The notes: generated by a model not told the origin, from the letters alone. A DNA stretch of 64,000 nucleotides from an uncultured Chlamydiales bacterium (GCA_963699155.1 OY969414.1:32001-96000); one strand, 5' to 3'. Counted from the first letter of the stretch, positions 1-9,706 are shown. Translations and numbers: made by a program.

Positions 1-440
1 AAGTCCATTTGCCATAATTCATTTGGATAATCTCTTTGAAATCGTATACAGCCCTGTCTTTTAGATGTTTCCATAGCTGAAATTTGGTTCTGACGATGCA
101 ATATGCGATTGAAGGAAGCAATGCTTGGTAAAACTTGATGGCCTTCATTGATCAATACCTGTCGTAATTTTTTTGCTCCCCAGCAAGGATATTGAGCTCT
201 TTTAGACAAAATGAGCTCCACATTCTCTGTATCTAATCTAGAAGGCATATGAGTAGGCCGTTTAGACCGATTGTTAAGGCCCAACTTCCCCTCTTCTGCA
301 TATCTCTGGAGCCATTTATAGGCAGTTTTTCGACTGATACTGTATTTTCGAGCTAGATTACTAATCGTATCTATTTTTTCTTTGGCCGCGCTTATAAATT
401 CTTCTCTTAAAGACATAAGTCCTCTGTTATCCCATGGCAT
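1..440 (-). CDS. IS481-family transposase, N-terminal part (truncated by window edge)
   Basis: Mirror of 1179-1618; ATG at 440-438. Confidence 0.9.
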   Translation of the reverse strand, partial: MPWDNRGLMSLREEFISAAKEKIDTISNLARKYSISRKTAYKWLQRYAEEGKLGLNNRSKRPTHMPSRLDTENVELILSKRAQYPCWGAKKLRQVLINEGHQVLPSIASFNRILHRQNQISAMETSKRQGCIRFQRDYPNELWQMD

Positions 441-516
441 AGTTACCTCATCAAAAAATTAATGAGTGTAACCTATGTCCTGATACAAAGTGTTACCTAT
501 GTCTTGATACTATACA
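1..516 (-). mobile_element. IS481-family insertion sequence, copy 1 (left end and 5' part; runs off window start)
   Basis: 1-516 is the reverse complement of 1103-1618 (position x pairs with 1619-x); left terminal TGT at 516-514 on the minus strand. Confidence 0.95.
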
Positions 517-1102
517 CGCCAACGGCGCGAGGGGCCCTCCCCTATTATTTCTGCGAGTCGACACGAAAGGGGCCCCGCTAAGAGACGAAGTCCGGCGGGG
601 TATTCGTGCATGAGCAGCCCACGGCCGCAGATTGCAAAGCCAGATCGCTTCCGGAGCTGAGCGAAGCGCCCCGTCCGCAGGCAGGAGTGGCGAGGCGTTA
701 CTCACGCAAGATATAACCTGAGATAGTTTCATTTCCTCAGGGTTTAACCAGCACCTGAAAGTGCGGGGCCGCGCGGAGCGCGGGGTCTAGTGCTTTGCAC
801 AGACCCCCAGCGAGGAAGCGATATGGCAAAGCAAGATGCGGCTCAACGGGGACAAGGTACCTCAAAAAGCCTCCAGTGGAGGGTTTTTGATGGGTTGTCC
901 GAGAGTTCACAAGTTTACTTGTGAACCGAGGGGAAGCAGGGGGTTGCTGACACGAAGTGACGCAACCGCCCGACACATCTATAAGCTGCCATTTAAGATC
1001 AATTGCTATGTCTTGGATAAATAATCGGTCAGGCAGGCAAACCCTCTCCAAACATGGGTGGGAGAGGGGTTAAAGGGGAGGGGGGGGGGAGCGCCAAGGG
1101 CG
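517..1102. other. GC-rich, hairpin-dense non-coding region between the two IS copies (candidate structured RNA or element end)
   Basis: Many nested stems (cacgaa/ttcgtg, ccccgc/gcgggg, aacctgag/ctcagggtt, ccgcgc/gcgcgg, gggtct/agaccc, gttcacaag/cttgtgaac, accctctcc/ggagaggg); overlapping ORFs look non-coding. Confidence 0.55.
851..933 (-). repeat. ~80-nt structured repeat, copy A (copy B at 38091-38165)
   Basis: Shares cccctcg, tctcggacaa, ccatcaaaaa, ccactgg and tttgaggtaccttgtc blocks with 38091-38165. Confidence 0.85.
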
Positions 1103-2345
1103 TGTATAGTATCAAGACATAGGTAACACTTTGTATCAGGACATAGGTTACACTCATTAATTTTTTGATGAGGTAACTATGCCATGGGATAACAGAGGAC
1201 TTATGTCTTTAAGAGAAGAATTTATAAGCGCGGCCAAAGAAAAAATAGATACGATTAGTAATCTAGCTCGAAAATACAGTATCAGTCGAAAAACTGCCTA
1301 TAAATGGCTCCAGAGATATGCAGAAGAGGGGAAGTTGGGCCTTAACAATCGGTCTAAACGGCCTACTCATATGCCTTCTAGATTAGATACAGAGAATGTG
1401 GAGCTCATTTTGTCTAAAAGAGCTCAATATCCTTGCTGGGGAGCAAAAAAATTACGACAGGTATTGATCAATGAAGGCCATCAAGTTTTACCAAGCATTG
1501 CTTCCTTCAATCGCATATTGCATCGTCAGAACCAAATTTCAGCTATGGAAACATCTAAAAGACAGGGCTGTATACGATTTCAAAGAGATTATCCAAATGA
1601 ATTATGGCAAATGGACTTTAAAGGGTTTTTTGCTGTGATTGAAGGCCGATGCTACCCACTCACCGTTTTAGATGATTGTTCACGATTTTCAATATGCATT
1701 AAAGCCTGCGGCGCAGAGGATACCATTTCGGTTCGTACAGCATTGGAAGAGGCATTTCGTGAATATGGGCTTCCAGATGCAATGACTATGGATAATGGCT
1801 CTCCTTGGAAAGGCTACCCTACCCAAAGGTTATCCAAGCTGACGATTTGGTTGATGAGACTTGGCATTAAAGTTGGACACTCTAGACCACATCATCCTCA
1901 AACCCAAGGGAAGGATGAAAGGTTTCATCGGACTTTGAAAGCAGAAGTCTTAAAATATCATAATTTTAAAGATTTGGCAGATGCTCAAAGGGGTTTAAAT
2001 GAGTGGAGGAATGTATACAATTACATTCGGCCACATGAAGCCATAGATATGCTTTGTCCTGCACAAAGGTATAAACGCAGTGAAAGAGAATTTCCTGAAA
2101 AGCTCCCCTCGATAGAGTATGAAATGGAAGATGAAGTAAGACAGGTTAGACGAGGAGGAGAAATAAAATTTAAAGGACGACAGTATTATGTAGGAGAGTA
2201 TCTACATGGAGAGCCTGTAGCATTACGCCAAAAGGGAGAACGTAGATGGGACATTTACTATGTCAAGACTAGGATTGGTAGTTTTGATGAAAAAGTGTAA
2301 CCTATGTCTTGATACAAAGTGTTACCTATGTCTTGAGACTTTACA
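1103..2345 (+). mobile_element. IS481-family insertion sequence, complete copy 2 (1243 bp)
   Basis: TGT...ACA termini; ~50-bp imperfect terminal inverted repeats each holding two 24-bp-period subrepeats (gtatcaRgacataggtWacact); 7-bp direct repeat AAGGGCG at 1096-1102 and 2346-2352. Confidence 0.95.
1179..2300 (+). CDS. IS481-family DDE transposase
   Basis: N-terminal HTH (ISRKTAYKWLQRY); integrase-core motifs WQMDFKG, TMDNGSPW, PQTQGKDERFHRTLK, YNYIRPHEA. Confidence 0.95.
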   Translation: MPWDNRGLMSLREEFISAAKEKIDTISNLARKYSISRKTAYKWLQRYAEEGKLGLNNRSKRPTHMPSRLDTENVELILSKRAQYPCWGAKKLRQVLINEGHQVLPSIASFNRILHRQNQISAMETSKRQGCIRFQRDYPNELWQMDFKGFFAVIEGRCYPLTVLDDCSRFSICIKACGAEDTISVRTALEEAFREYGLPDAMTMDNGSPWKGYPTQRLSKLTIWLMRLGIKVGHSRPHHPQTQGKDERFHRTLKAEVLKYHNFKDLADAQRGLNEWRNVYNYIRPHEAIDMLCPAQRYKRSEREFPEKLPSIEYEMEDEVRQVRRGGEIKFKGRQYYVGEYLHGEPVALRQKGERRWDIYYVKTRIGSFDEKV

Positions 2346-2372
2346 AAGGGCGCGAGGGGCCCTCCCCTTAAT

Positions 2373-3185
2373 CTATATTATACTATCGACATCGGTGAGT
2401 TGCCAGGTGCGGTAGAGGCCGAGGGTGACGGTGGCAAAGCTGAGTGGGAGGCGGAGCCAGGGCGGCACTGTTGTTTGGAGCATCTTTGCGCTATCGGAGA
2501 TGATGTGAAGGCCATTTTCGATGATGCCTGTTGTTAAATAGGCCATCCTTTTTGAATAGATCTCGCAATCTTCGGCCTGTGAGGCTCTCTTGAAGGCTTT
2601 CTGCTCATAGGCCAACTCACAGCCTAAAGCGACAAACCCAGCGCAATGCTTGGCCAAAGTGAGGGTTTGATAGCTGCTGGCAATGGAATCTAATGGCTCT
2701 GATAAAGAGACGCTCGAGTAGGTCTGGAGATAGAGGAGGGGCTGGCAGACTGTCGTGGTGAAAAGGCTGAATCCTGTCTTGGCCGTTCGAGCCGACAAGA
2801 AACCTAGACATAAAATTTTTTCTGTATTGCCATGGGCCACTGAATTGTAGCTTGGGGCACTGTGAAGCTGTACATCTTGACCGGTTTTAAAGCTGAGAAG
2901 AAGTTGACCTTGAAGTTTCAGAGCATAGAATAAACGAGGAAGAAGGTGAAAGATGATGTAGCTCACTGACTGGAGATGCTGCATCACGCGCAGGACCACA
3001 CGCCCAGCTGCTAACCCTCTCACAACCTCTTCTCGAGTCTGAGCAGCCTGTGCAATTTCGCTCGCAGCATCGAAGAGACAATCGGCCGCTTTAATCAATC
3101 GATAACCGGTCTGAGGATGGCTAAAGAAGCGATAAGCATGGCTTGATAATGCAGATTCAAAAGAAGAGCGAGCGACGATGCTCAT
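2373..3185 (-). CDS. Hypothetical protein with hydrophobic segments, translationally coupled to fmt
   Basis: ATG at 3185 overlaps the fmt stop (ATGA); ~270-aa open frame; no recognisable family. Confidence 0.7.
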   Translation of the reverse strand: MSIVARSSFESALSSHAYRFFSHPQTGYRLIKAADCLFDAASEIAQAAQTREEVVRGLAAGRVVLRVMQHLQSVSYIIFHLLPRLFYALKLQGQLLLSFKTGQDVQLHSAPSYNSVAHGNTEKILCLGFLSARTAKTGFSLFTTTVCQPLLYLQTYSSVSLSEPLDSIASSYQTLTLAKHCAGFVALGCELAYEQKAFKRASQAEDCEIYSKRMAYLTTGIIENGLHIISDSAKMLQTTVPPWLRLPLSFATVTLGLYRTWQLTDVDSII

Positions 3186-4111
3186 AAAAATTTCAGTTGC
3201 TCGAGAGAAATGCCTCTTAAGAAAGCATCCACTGGGACTTTTTTCTTTCCTTCCAGCTGCACTTCGAGAAGCTGAAGGGCACCTTCTTGACAACCTACCA
3301 ATAACTCTGAGGGATTGCGGGAGAGAATCTTTCCAGGCTCTCCTGAAACATCAGGAAGCGGCAACGATTTATGGATGCGAAGCCTTTTCTTCTCTCCTTT
3401 GACCGAGATCCAACACCAAGCGCCCGGATTAGGGCTCACGCCTCTGATCTGATTATGCACGACAAGGGCAGGACGCTGCCAAAGGACCTCGGCATCCTCC
3501 GTTTTAATTTTCTTCGCATGGGTAGCTTGGGAGCTATCTTGGTGGAGGGGTTGGATAGTATCGAGATGTTGGATCACCTCCCAGAGAGCCACTTTGCCGA
3601 GATCTGCAAGAGCATCCATCAGTTCACCCGCTGTCATTTCGAGCGGGATCTTGATCTTATGGATGGCGAGGATATCGCCCACATCCATCTGTAGAGCCAT
3701 TTTCATGATAGTCACTCCCGTTTCGGTTTCGCCTTCCATGATCGATCGCTGAACAGGTGCTGCTCCCCGATATTTGGGCAAAATACTCCCATGGACATTG
3801 ATGCATCCCTTTTTGGGAACATCGAGGAGGTGTTGCTTAAGAATTTCAGCATAGGCAGCCACCACAAAAAGATCGGGATTGAGCGATTTCAAAAAGGAGG
3901 TAAATTCGGGATCTGAGGCTTTGTCCGGCTGGAAGAGTGGAATGTGGTGTTCGAGGGCGCACATTTTGACAGGGGTCGGCTGCGGGGTTCCTGATCGGCC
4001 TTTCGGTTTATCCGGACGAGTCACTACGGCGACGATTTGAGCCCCTTGTCCGATGAGGTACTCTAAGATGGTGCGCGCAAATTGCGGTGTCCCAAAAAAG
4101 ATGATTCTCAA
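3182..4111 (-). CDS. fmt: Methionyl-tRNA formyltransferase
   Basis: MRIIFFGTPQFA, INVHGSILPKYRGAAPVQ, ETGVTIM motifs. Confidence 0.97.
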   Translation of the reverse strand: MRIIFFGTPQFARTILEYLIGQGAQIVAVVTRPDKPKGRSGTPQPTPVKMCALEHHIPLFQPDKASDPEFTSFLKSLNPDLFVVAAYAEILKQHLLDVPKKGCINVHGSILPKYRGAAPVQRSIMEGETETGVTIMKMALQMDVGDILAIHKIKIPLEMTAGELMDALADLGKVALWEVIQHLDTIQPLHQDSSQATHAKKIKTEDAEVLWQRPALVVHNQIRGVSPNPGAWCWISVKGEKKRLRIHKSLPLPDVSGEPGKILSRNPSELLVGCQEGALQLLEVQLEGKKKVPVDAFLRGISLEQLKFL

Positions 4112-4989
4112 CGTGCTCCCATTTCCACCAGTAGATCTTCAGGAGAGACATCGCTCTCCTCCTTATTCGAGCTTGTACGCTTGTTTGAAATGCCCTGTAC
4201 CACTCCCTGGATACCGATAAGTCCCCGTTTGGTATCGCGGCAGAATTTGACAAAATGGAGCACTTCCGGCAAAGGGGGCACTTGCGCCTCGATCTCTTCT
4301 AAGGCCTCTGTCAGATGGAGTCTCGAGCGGTAGACTAGTCTATAGGCTGTGGCGAGAGCACGTCTTGTTTCGAAAGAGAAGCGCCTTCTTTTCAAACCGA
4401 TCCGATTGATACCTCCTAAACTATAGGGAATGCCCCCTCCAACTGTGTAGGGAGGCACATCATGCGTCACGCGGCTCATCCCTCCCACCATCGAATGGCA
4501 GCCGATCCGAGAAAATTGATGGACTGGAGTCATACCGCCGATAATCGCATAGTCCTCTACGATCACATGTCCCGCCAGTAAAGAGTTGTTACTCATGATG
4601 ACATGATTGCCTACCTCACAGTTGTGAGCGATATGGCAGTAGGCCATGATCAGACAGTTATCGCCGACGCGGACAGTCGACCCTTCAAAGGTGGAGGAGT
4701 TGATGGTGACAAATTCGCGAATCTCGGTGTTTTTTCCGATAACCACGTAGGTCTTCTCCCCTCGATATTTGAGATCCTGAGTTTTGGTCCCAATGCTGAC
4801 AAAGGGCCAGACCACTGTATGGCTACCAATCGTTGTGTGGCCATCGATGTAGGCGTGCGATTTGATCGTGACGCCATCCTCTAACTTGACCGACCCTTTG
4901 ATGATCGCGTAGGGTTCGATCGTGACCTCTTTTCCGATTTCAGCCCCTGGCTCGATAAACGCTGTCGGATGGATTTTAGATTGTCCCAT
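4108..4989 (-). CDS. lpxA: Acyl-ACP--UDP-N-acetylglucosamine O-acyltransferase
   Basis: IHPTAFIEPGA hexapeptide repeats, QDLKY, IREFVTI, MAYCHIAHNC; start placed at ATG 4989. Confidence 0.97.
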   Translation of the reverse strand: MGQSKIHPTAFIEPGAEIGKEVTIEPYAIIKGSVKLEDGVTIKSHAYIDGHTTIGSHTVVWPFVSIGTKTQDLKYRGEKTYVVIGKNTEIREFVTINSSTFEGSTVRVGDNCLIMAYCHIAHNCEVGNHVIMSNNSLLAGHVIVEDYAIIGGMTPVHQFSRIGCHSMVGGMSRVTHDVPPYTVGGGIPYSLGGINRIGLKRRRFSFETRRALATAYRLVYRSRLHLTEALEEIEAQVPPLPEVLHFVKFCRDTKRGLIGIQGVVQGISNKRTSSNKEESDVSPEDLLVEMGAR

Positions 4990-5005
4990 ACTTCTCCGAT
5001 GATCT

Positions 5006-5476
5006 TTAAATGTTTTCTTTTTTGACCAGCGCAAAGCCGAGCTCAGCTTCGACTGCGACTTTTGACCCAACGAGGGCTTTCGTTTTCACCCGGCCCCCTT
5101 TCGCACTGAATACTGTGCCTTCCGCATAGAGAAGCAGAACATCACCTGGTTTGACTGGGCTGCGGAATTTGGCGTTGTAGACACTCAGAAAAAGGGCAAT
5201 TTTATCTGTGAAACCTTTGGAATGGACAAGAATCCCACCCGTTTGAGCGAGCGCCTCCAAGATCAATACACCAGGCATAATCGGTGCGTCAGGAAAGTGA
5301 CCCTGAAAAAAAGCCTCATTCATCGTGACATTTTTCTGTCCCAGAATGGAGGGCTTATCCAGATCCATCTCGACGATCTTATCGACGAGAAGAAATGGAT
5401 AACGGTGGGGCAAGATCTCGCAGATCTTTTTGATATCGAAAACCGGTCTTTCTAATACATTCATTTCTCTACTCAT
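5006..5476 (-). CDS. fabZ: 3-hydroxyacyl-ACP dehydratase
   Basis: [30 protein letters not shown]; start at ATG 5476 overlapping the lpxC stop. Confidence 0.97.
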   Translation of the reverse strand: MSREMNVLERPVFDIKKICEILPHRYPFLLVDKIVEMDLDKPSILGQKNVTMNEAFFQGHFPDAPIMPGVLILEALAQTGGILVHSKGFTDKIALFLSVYNAKFRSPVKPGDVLLLYAEGTVFSAKGGRVKTKALVGSKVAVEAELGFALVKKENI

Positions 5477-6315
5477 GAAAACTGCTTGACTAACTCTCTT
5501 CCTAATGCAACATTGGCGGCATGGCCTGTGCAAATCGCGATGATGTGGGCTAAAAAGGGAATGCCCACCAAAGATAAATCTCCGATCAGATCGAGCATTT
5601 TATGCCGCACCATCTCATCTGGGAAACGGAGACCCTCTTTGCTGAAAATCACATTGTCTTTGATCACCACAGCATTCTCTAAACTCCCCCCACGGATCAA
5701 ACCATGATCCATCAGATAGGTAATTTCCTCATAGAGGGCAAATGTCCTTGAACTGGCGATCTGCTCCTTAAAATTTTTAGGTGTGATCACCAGCGAGAGA
5801 TATTGACAGCGGATCACTGGTGTATTGGGATAATGAAGAGTGTAGCTGATCCGAAATTCGTCGGAGGGAATGGCGACCAAGTGAGTTTTGCCGGAGGTAA
5901 AATGGACAGGATGCTTTAAGGAAACGACCCTCTTTTGGGCGTTCTGCTCTTCAATTTCTGCCTCTTCGATCAGGTCGACAAAGGTTTGCGAGCTCCCATC
6001 ACCTATCGGTGGCTCCCCTTCTGTCACCTGGATGCAGAGATTGTCAATCTGGTAGGCGTTGAGCGCGGCTAAAACATGTTCGACCGTTTGCACGCTGCAG
6101 TTCCCGATCCCGATCTTCGTGCTCCGTGAAGTATCTTGAACATACTCGACAGCCGCCGGAATCGTCGGCTTTCCGGGAAGATCGATACGCTGAAAAAGAA
6201 TGCCTGAGTGGGGAGGTGCTGGGCAAAAACGGAGCTGCACCTCTTTTCCAGTATGGATTCCCACGCCAGCAAAGGAAACAGTTTTTTTCAATGTCCGTTG
6301 GGGACGTGTGACCAT
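5473..6315 (-). CDS. lpxC: UDP-3-O-acyl-N-acetylglucosamine deacetylase
   Basis: [31 protein letters not shown] zinc motifs. Confidence 0.97.
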   Translation of the reverse strand: MVTRPQRTLKKTVSFAGVGIHTGKEVQLRFCPAPPHSGILFQRIDLPGKPTIPAAVEYVQDTSRSTKIGIGNCSVQTVEHVLAALNAYQIDNLCIQVTEGEPPIGDGSSQTFVDLIEEAEIEEQNAQKRVVSLKHPVHFTSGKTHLVAIPSDEFRISYTLHYPNTPVIRCQYLSLVITPKNFKEQIASSRTFALYEEITYLMDHGLIRGGSLENAVVIKDNVIFSKEGLRFPDEMVRHKMLDLIGDLSLVGIPFLAHIIAICTGHAANVALGRELVKQFS

Positions 6316-6353
6316 CTACCGCTCTCAAAAACCAAAAAAATAGATGCCAAAAT

Positions 6354-8108
6354 TTAACGGATAGCTTTGTTTTTCCGCAAGGAGTAAAAAAAGAATGATT
6401 TTATGGCCAATTTCTTTAATTTAAAATAGTTAATAACCAAAAAAGCCATAAATAAAAGAGCGGCACTCGATATTAAAGGTAGATCTCCCCAGAATGCATA
6501 GAGTGTCGGGTAGTGATAGAGGGGTAGCTGCGTTGCCAGAACCGCGGGTGAAGAGGAGTGGTGGGCTGTTTCACAGGGCAGCTCCCCCACGATACGGCCC
6601 AAACTATCGACCGCGCAGGTGACACCTGTATTACAGGAGCGCAAGAGCGGCACTCCTAACTCTATCGCACGGAGACGCCCATGAAAAAAGTGGACCCGGG
6701 GAAGACGCGTCTTTGGAAACCAGACATCATTGGTCAGATTGACGAGCAGGGAGGCGCCTTTTAATCTGCTCTCGCGCATCAAATAGCCGAAAGTTTCTTC
6801 GTAACAGATCGAAATGCCCGCGCGGGTGCGTACCAGGGGAAAGACTAGCGCCCCTTTTCCGGGTGTGTAGGAGTCCATGATCCCATATTTCGAGAGAATT
6901 TTCTTACACCACTCAAAAGGAATGTACTCTCCCATTGGTACGAGAACCCTTTTTTCATAACGCTGGTAACTCTCTGAAAGTGGACGGAAGAGAAAAGCGG
7001 CATTATAGTAGCGCCAGCGACTCTCTTCAGCTGATCGCTCCCCATCTTCAAGTCCAGCGAGGATGTCAGCTCCTGTCACATCTGCTAGAGCTTGTGCCCA
7101 ATTGCCATTGCAGAGACGCTGTTTGTCTGGGAGGGTGAGGAGCTCTTTTCCCAAAATCTCTTTGAAAGCCTGAATCAACTCTTCTCGGGGGTAGATGGGA
7201 GCATGCGTTCCATAGGGAACAGCCCCTTCAGGTAAAACGATCAGCTCAGGGGAAGAGTCGATATGAGGAGCTAAAAGTGTGAGAATCCTCCGCCACTGAT
7301 CGAGGGGCGAATAGGGCTTGGAACCTTTGAAGGGCACTTTATCTTCGGGATACAGAGCCGTCTGAATAAGGAGAGTCTTTAGGGGTGGCTGTGGAAAGTG
7401 GGCCAGACGTTGGGTGTAATAGAGAAGGTGGGCTCCACCGAGGAGATAAGGGATGAGTAGAATGATCGACCATTGGAAAAAGTGCCTTTTCGATGGCAGT
7501 GAGAACCATTTGAGGGCGATGAGATTGGTAAAAAAAACGAGAAAGCTGAGTCCATAGATGCCGACAGCAGAGGCCACTTGCATGCCGGCCACTGTTCCAC
7601 TCAGCGCTATTCCGATGGGATCAAAAGAATAACCCGACAGAATAAAGAGGCGTGACCACTCGAGAAGTGCCCATCCTCCACTCAGCCCCAACATGGCCCA
7701 CCCTTTCAACTGCTTAGGATCGCCTATCAGCAGCGTCATCAGGGCAAATTGCACTCCTAGCCCGAAGAAAAGGATGGCCAGGAAAAGATAGATGTAGCCC
7801 CCCATGTAACGATCGGCAAAAAACCAGTTGAGATGGATCGCTGAAAGCGCACCAAACCAGAGAACAGAGAGCCCAAATCGACTCGATTTCTTGGGAAAAG
7901 TGAGAGCCCCTTTCCAAAAAAGAGCATATCCTAAGCAGGAGGTCAAAACGCAAGCGAAAGGGCTCCAGTCAGGCTGCGCCCTGGCAACGATACCAAATGA
8001 AACGATCAGAAAGAGAAAAGGAGTGATCTTATTCTTTCTTACAGCAAGAGCAGCTATCAAAGCTCCACCGCCCAGGGCCATAGCTCCACAACAGGAGTAG
8101 GCCACCAT
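6354..8108 (-). CDS. lnt: Apolipoprotein N-acyltransferase (start uncertain)
   Basis: N-terminal TM helices; nitrilase-fold motifs LPEGA, YEKRVLVPMGEY, ICYEE, NLTNDVWF, NTGVT. Confidence 0.93.
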   Translation of the reverse strand: MVAYSCCGAMALGGGALIAALAVRKNKITPFLFLIVSFGIVARAQPDWSPFACVLTSCLGYALFWKGALTFPKKSSRFGLSVLWFGALSAIHLNWFFADRYMGGYIYLFLAILFFGLGVQFALMTLLIGDPKQLKGWAMLGLSGGWALLEWSRLFILSGYSFDPIGIALSGTVAGMQVASAVGIYGLSFLVFFTNLIALKWFSLPSKRHFFQWSIILLIPYLLGGAHLLYYTQRLAHFPQPPLKTLLIQTALYPEDKVPFKGSKPYSPLDQWRRILTLLAPHIDSSPELIVLPEGAVPYGTHAPIYPREELIQAFKEILGKELLTLPDKQRLCNGNWAQALADVTGADILAGLEDGERSAEESRWRYYNAAFLFRPLSESYQRYEKRVLVPMGEYIPFEWCKKILSKYGIMDSYTPGKGALVFPLVRTRAGISICYEETFGYLMRESRLKGASLLVNLTNDVWFPKTRLPRVHFFHGRLRAIELGVPLLRSCNTGVTCAVDSLGRIVGELPCETAHHSSSPAVLATQLPLYHYPTLYAFWGDLPLISSAALLFMAFLVINYFKLKKLAIKSFFFYSLRKNKAIR

Positions 8109-8463
8109 AGATTGTGATATTTTTTAGAAAATTGGCCATCTGCACCATCTGCTCTTGACCCTCGTAATGCCAGAAATTATGAAATGCGAGAGTAGTTGGG
8201 AAGAGAAAAATCATTAAAATCGCCACTCCAATGCGAGTTTTCCAGCCCAAAAGAATTAATACTCCCCCGATCAATTCGCAGAGCAGAGCGATGACTGCAA
8301 GTAGCGTCGGCACTATGATCAGCCCCGCACCTCGAATCGCCTCCACGGTTGGCTGAAAGTGAACAATTTTCATCAATCCTGACAAAATAAAAATTTGGCT
8401 AATGAGCAAACGCCCTAAGAGCGGTCCTACAGCAGGACTTTTTCCATTCGTCATCTCACACAT
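8029..8463 (-). CDS. DoxX-family membrane protein
   Basis: LGRLLISQIFILSGLMKI, ELIGGVLILLGWKTR, FLKNI, GPGRWSFD. Confidence 0.9.
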   Translation of the reverse strand: MCEMTNGKSPAVGPLLGRLLISQIFILSGLMKIVHFQPTVEAIRGAGLIIVPTLLAVIALLCELIGGVLILLGWKTRIGVAILMIFLFPTTLAFHNFWHYEGQEQMVQMANFLKNITIYGGLLLLWSYGPGRWSFDSCSCCKKE

Positions 8464-8503
8464 CCTTTCAGTTATGAATTTTAATTAACGCGTTGTATAA
8501 TAT

Positions 8504-9643
8504 ATGATAATGAATATCTCATTTCCTGAAAGACATCTCTTTCAACTGTTAAAACAGTTTGAAAATCAACATCTGCCCCTTGACCTCTTTCTGAGTCACT
8601 ACTTTCGAGCACATAAGTCTCTTGGTTCCAAAGACAGACAGCTTATTGCTGCTGCTGTCTATGGCATGACACGCTGGAAGAGTTTATTAGATTATCTCAT
8701 TGGAACGGGCGCCTTATGGGAGCAGCGCTATGCGCTCTATCGCAGTTTTCAGCCCTCACAATATCTTCTCGTCAACTCCATTCCCCTCCATACCCGTGTG
8801 AGTTTCCCCAAAGAGCTCTTTTCCCTTCTGGAAGAAGATTATGGCGAAGAAAAAGCGGTCGAAATCTCTCAGATCAGCAATACTGAAGCGCCCATCACTA
8901 TCCGCGTAAATCCCCTCAAAACGACTCGTGAAAGACTTTTGGCAGAGTGGCAAGCCCACTATGCGATCGCTCCCTGTGAGAAATCAGCGCTGGGGATCCA
9001 ATTTAAAAAGAGAGTTCCCTTAACAGCCATGGCTGAATTTAAAGAGGGCTATTTTGAAATTCAAGATGAAGGAAGTCAGCTGGTCGCCGAGTGCGTGCAA
9101 GCTGAGCCAGGCCAACAGGTCCTCGACTTCTGCTCAGGCGCTGGCGGCAAGACACTCGCCTTTGCCCCACGCATGCAGAACAAGGGCCAAATCTATCTCC
9201 ACGATATCCGCCCCTTCATCCTCGAACAGGCCAAAAAGCGGCTTGCCCGCGCGGGCATCCAAAATGTCCAATTTCTCCCCGAAGGCCACACCTCGCTCAA
9301 AAAACTGCACAAAAAAATGGATTGGGTACTTGCCGATGTCCCTTGCTCCGGAACCGGAACCCTCCGCCGCAACCCCGATCAAAAATGGAAATTTTCTCTC
9401 GCACTCCTCAACCGCCTCGTCGGCCAGCAGCGGATGATCTTCGAAAAGGCGCTCAGCTTTGTCAAACCCGGCGGCACCCTCATCTACGCCACCTGCTCGA
9501 TCCTCCGCGCCGAGAATGAAAAGCAGATCGAACACTTTCTCTCCTCCTATGGCGTCGAACTCGCCGCCCCCACTTTCGCCTCCACACCCACCCTAGACGG
9601 CATGGATGGCCTCTTCGCCGCCATCCTCCGCAAAAAGAATTAA
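8504..9643 (+). CDS. rsmB: RsmB/NOP (Fmu/Sun) family RNA m5C methyltransferase
   Basis: EIQDEGSQ, VLDFCSGAGGKT, DVPCSGTGTLRRNPD, YATCS, ENE. Confidence 0.9.
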   Translation: MIMNISFPERHLFQLLKQFENQHLPLDLFLSHYFRAHKSLGSKDRQLIAAAVYGMTRWKSLLDYLIGTGALWEQRYALYRSFQPSQYLLVNSIPLHTRVSFPKELFSLLEEDYGEEKAVEISQISNTEAPITIRVNPLKTTRERLLAEWQAHYAIAPCEKSALGIQFKKRVPLTAMAEFKEGYFEIQDEGSQLVAECVQAEPGQQVLDFCSGAGGKTLAFAPRMQNKGQIYLHDIRPFILEQAKKRLARAGIQNVQFLPEGHTSLKKLHKKMDWVLADVPCSGTGTLRRNPDQKWKFSLALLNRLVGQQRMIFEKALSFVKPGGTLIYATCSILRAENEKQIEHFLSSYGVELAAPTFASTPTLDGMDGLFAAILRKKN

Positions 9644-9706
9644 TACGATCAGTTGGGCCAAACCCTTGTCAGTCTGACTGACATCTTCGACCTATTTTAA
9701 TTTTGT

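Noticed and set aside
493..1051. Short ORFs 493-732, 737-1051 and 836-1024
   Set aside because: No recognisable motifs or RBS; they overlap hairpin-rich and repeat DNA.
1109..1154. 24-bp-period tandem repeat as a CRISPR-like array
   Set aside because: Only two units with no spacers; these are subterminal transposase-binding repeats, also present at the other IS end.
1..1618. Long inverted duplication as an assembly fold-back artefact
   Set aside because: Identity ends within 4 nt of the IS terminus, the 586-bp spacer is unique, and copy 2 has its own target duplication, all consistent with two insertions. Long reads would settle it.
9667..9683. Palindrome tgtcagtc-t-gactgaca between rsmB and dacC
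   Set aside because: Short, single occurrence and no U tract; a function cannot be supported.
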